This document shows positions 62,534 to 64,000 of a DNA stretch of 64,000 nt, piece after piece; the stretch's first letter is position 1; each line of letters begins with the position of its first letter. The stretch is from Hyaloraphidium curvatum SAG 235-1. Lineage: Eukaryota; Fungi; Monoblepharomycota. Location: contig JAIVFI010000021.1 in the NCBI GenBank assembly GCA_025558095.1, positions 558,001 to 622,000 of the forward strand, written 5' to 3'. The position numbers were made by a program, and so were the translations under genes. The notes under the pieces are model-generated. The model searched no databases and had not been told where the DNA came from. It was given only the letters and a program-made list of their open reading frames with translations.

Positions 62534-63075
62534 TCACTCGAGGTTGCCGTCGTCGCCCGCTTTGTCAAAGCTCTCCACAAGATCCGGCACATCGTCGTCG
62601 TCCTCCCCGTTCTCCTTTCCGGATGCGCCCATTTGCTGGCTTTGGTAATTCTCCGCTAGCCGCCGCAGGCTCGACAGCGAGTCCGGTCCCAGTTGGTTCA
62701 GGATGCCGGGGACGAGTTCCGTAAGCTCCTTCGTCTCGCCCTGACCCGAAACCACGAAGGTGTTGGCCTGGATGGACGCCTGAACTGCAACCCGCGACGC
62801 GGCCGGTCAACGCGCGTCAGCACCGGCCGCGCATACGCCACGCGCCGGAGCGCACCTTTCGGAGCCGTGAAGTGGATGACGTTGCCATCGGACTTGAACA
62901 TGTTGACCTCCTCGATGCCGGCGATGGGCTGGACGCCCAGCTTCTTGAGCGTGCTCTGGAGCTTCTTGTCGTCGGTGCCAGTGGACTTGTGCACCTTCTT
63001 CGCTTTCCGCCGCGGCGTGCCTTTGCCGCCGGTCCGCACCGACGATGCGAGCTTCGCGAGCTTTTCGGGATTCAT
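62534..63075 (-). CDS. EGD1: Nascent polypeptide-associated complex beta subunit (BTF3)
   Basis: [77 protein letters not shown]. Confidence 0.97.
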
Positions 63076-63547
63076 CGTGCGGATGCCGGGGGGGGGGCGG
63101 GAGACGGTTGTGCGTGGTTCCGTGGGTTGATCAAACCTATGGGGTTCTGACCCAACTTCAAGGCGGCCTCTTGAGGCTCACTCGGAAAACGTCTCCGAAC
63201 CTTGCCAAAGTTAGCTAGCCCGTCGCACAGCTCGGCGTGGCGAAACCGGCCGTGATCGATGGCGCGCGCACCCCCCGTGGAAGGATCAGACGGTAAGGAA
63301 TGGGACGTGGGGAGTTTGATGGCACGGTACACGGCTCGCCTTCGCGCACGAATTCAAATCGCACGGGCTATCGGCAACGATATTCTGTTTCAGGCTTTGC
63401 GCGCGGGCAAGCCCTGGCTACGGCGGCGGTAGAGGTCTTTGATTTTACAATTTGCATGTGAGCCCAACACGACAGAGTCTGAATCCCTAGTAAAGCGTCC
63501 ACCGCCGGCGTGCAAATGCAATCATCGTTCCTGCCGAAACGACACAA

Positions 63548-64000
63548 TCAGGATCGTGCGGCGGGCAGCGAGCGACGAGGAATCATCCTGAGCTGCGGCG
63601 AGGAGTTCTCGTCGGCGGACAGGCTCCGCTTGACCGCGGGGGCGAAACCAGAAGGAACAGAGCTGCTCGAGCCCGCGCCAGAAAACATGGCACGAAGGCT
63701 CGATTCGTCCAGCTTCATGTGGGCGATCGTTCTGGGTGCCTGCTTCTTTGCCAAAGACGCTGCGGCCTTGCCGGACGGCTTCCTCAACGACTTGCCGAAC
63801 GAGGCGGAACCCATCGCGGGGAGGAAGGCAGCGAGTTCCGCGAGCGTAGGCTGGGCCTGGCTCAAGGAGAGAGCGACCAAAGGCGGCGACGGGGCGGTGG
63901 CGAGGGCGACGGTCGGGGGGACGACCGTTGACGGCGTCGGGTTCCAGGCGAGGGCGACAGGAGGCGGTACCTGGGCCGAGGGGAGGGAGGCCGGGGGAGC
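63548..64000 (-). CDS. 3' part of a Pro/Ser-rich protein of unknown function running off the window
   Basis: Minus-strand frame ending at TGA 63548 that appears to continue towards the window edge; no domain recognised. Confidence 0.45.
   Translation of the reverse strand, partial: APPASLPSAQVPPPVALAWNPTPSTVVPPTVALATAPSPPLVALSLSQAQPTLAELAAFLPAMGSASFGKSLRKPSGKAAASLAKKQAPRTIAHMKLDESSLRAMFSGAGSSSSVPSGFAPAVKRSLSADENSSPQLRMIPRRSLPAARS

Overview
GC-rich, very compact eukaryotic DNA with many short (about 45-80 nt) GT-AG introns carrying CTRAC-type branch sites. The housekeeping proteins look fungal; an early-diverging (chytrid/monoblepharid-like) fungus is my inference, not a database result. The window has three parts. 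(1) 1-19.3 kb: a partial acidic protein, a signalling-mucin-like membrane protein and five glycan-modifying genes surrounding NHP2: a two-domain uncharacterised GT, a GT4/GT2 fusion, a plant-like GT34, a four-domain GT2/fucosyltransferase/GT/sulfotransferase fusion and an FkbM methyltransferase. (2) 19.4-41 kb: an accessory, repeat-rich island with a LINE RT relic, an IS630/Tc1 relic, tRNA-Trp, a bacterial-type Ig/cadherin-like protein and two large intron-containing orphan genes. By eye the two orphans share one architecture (GIY-YIG-like, UDG-superfamily-like, CACPxC and other Zn motifs, acidic Trp tail), and each is accompanied by direct repeats or partial copies of itself. (3) 41.6-64 kb: tightly packed conserved genes: calmodulin, probable Med17, GGA, a coiled-coil protein, adenylate kinase, an HSF-type factor, NDUFV2, DIS3, YKT6, SPT3, RAMP4, DPB2 and EGD1. 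The best candidates for an undescribed system are the GIY-YIG/UDG-like/Zn gene pair with signs of mobility and the glycan-assembly cluster. All domain calls are motif recognition by eye and need profile or structure searches.
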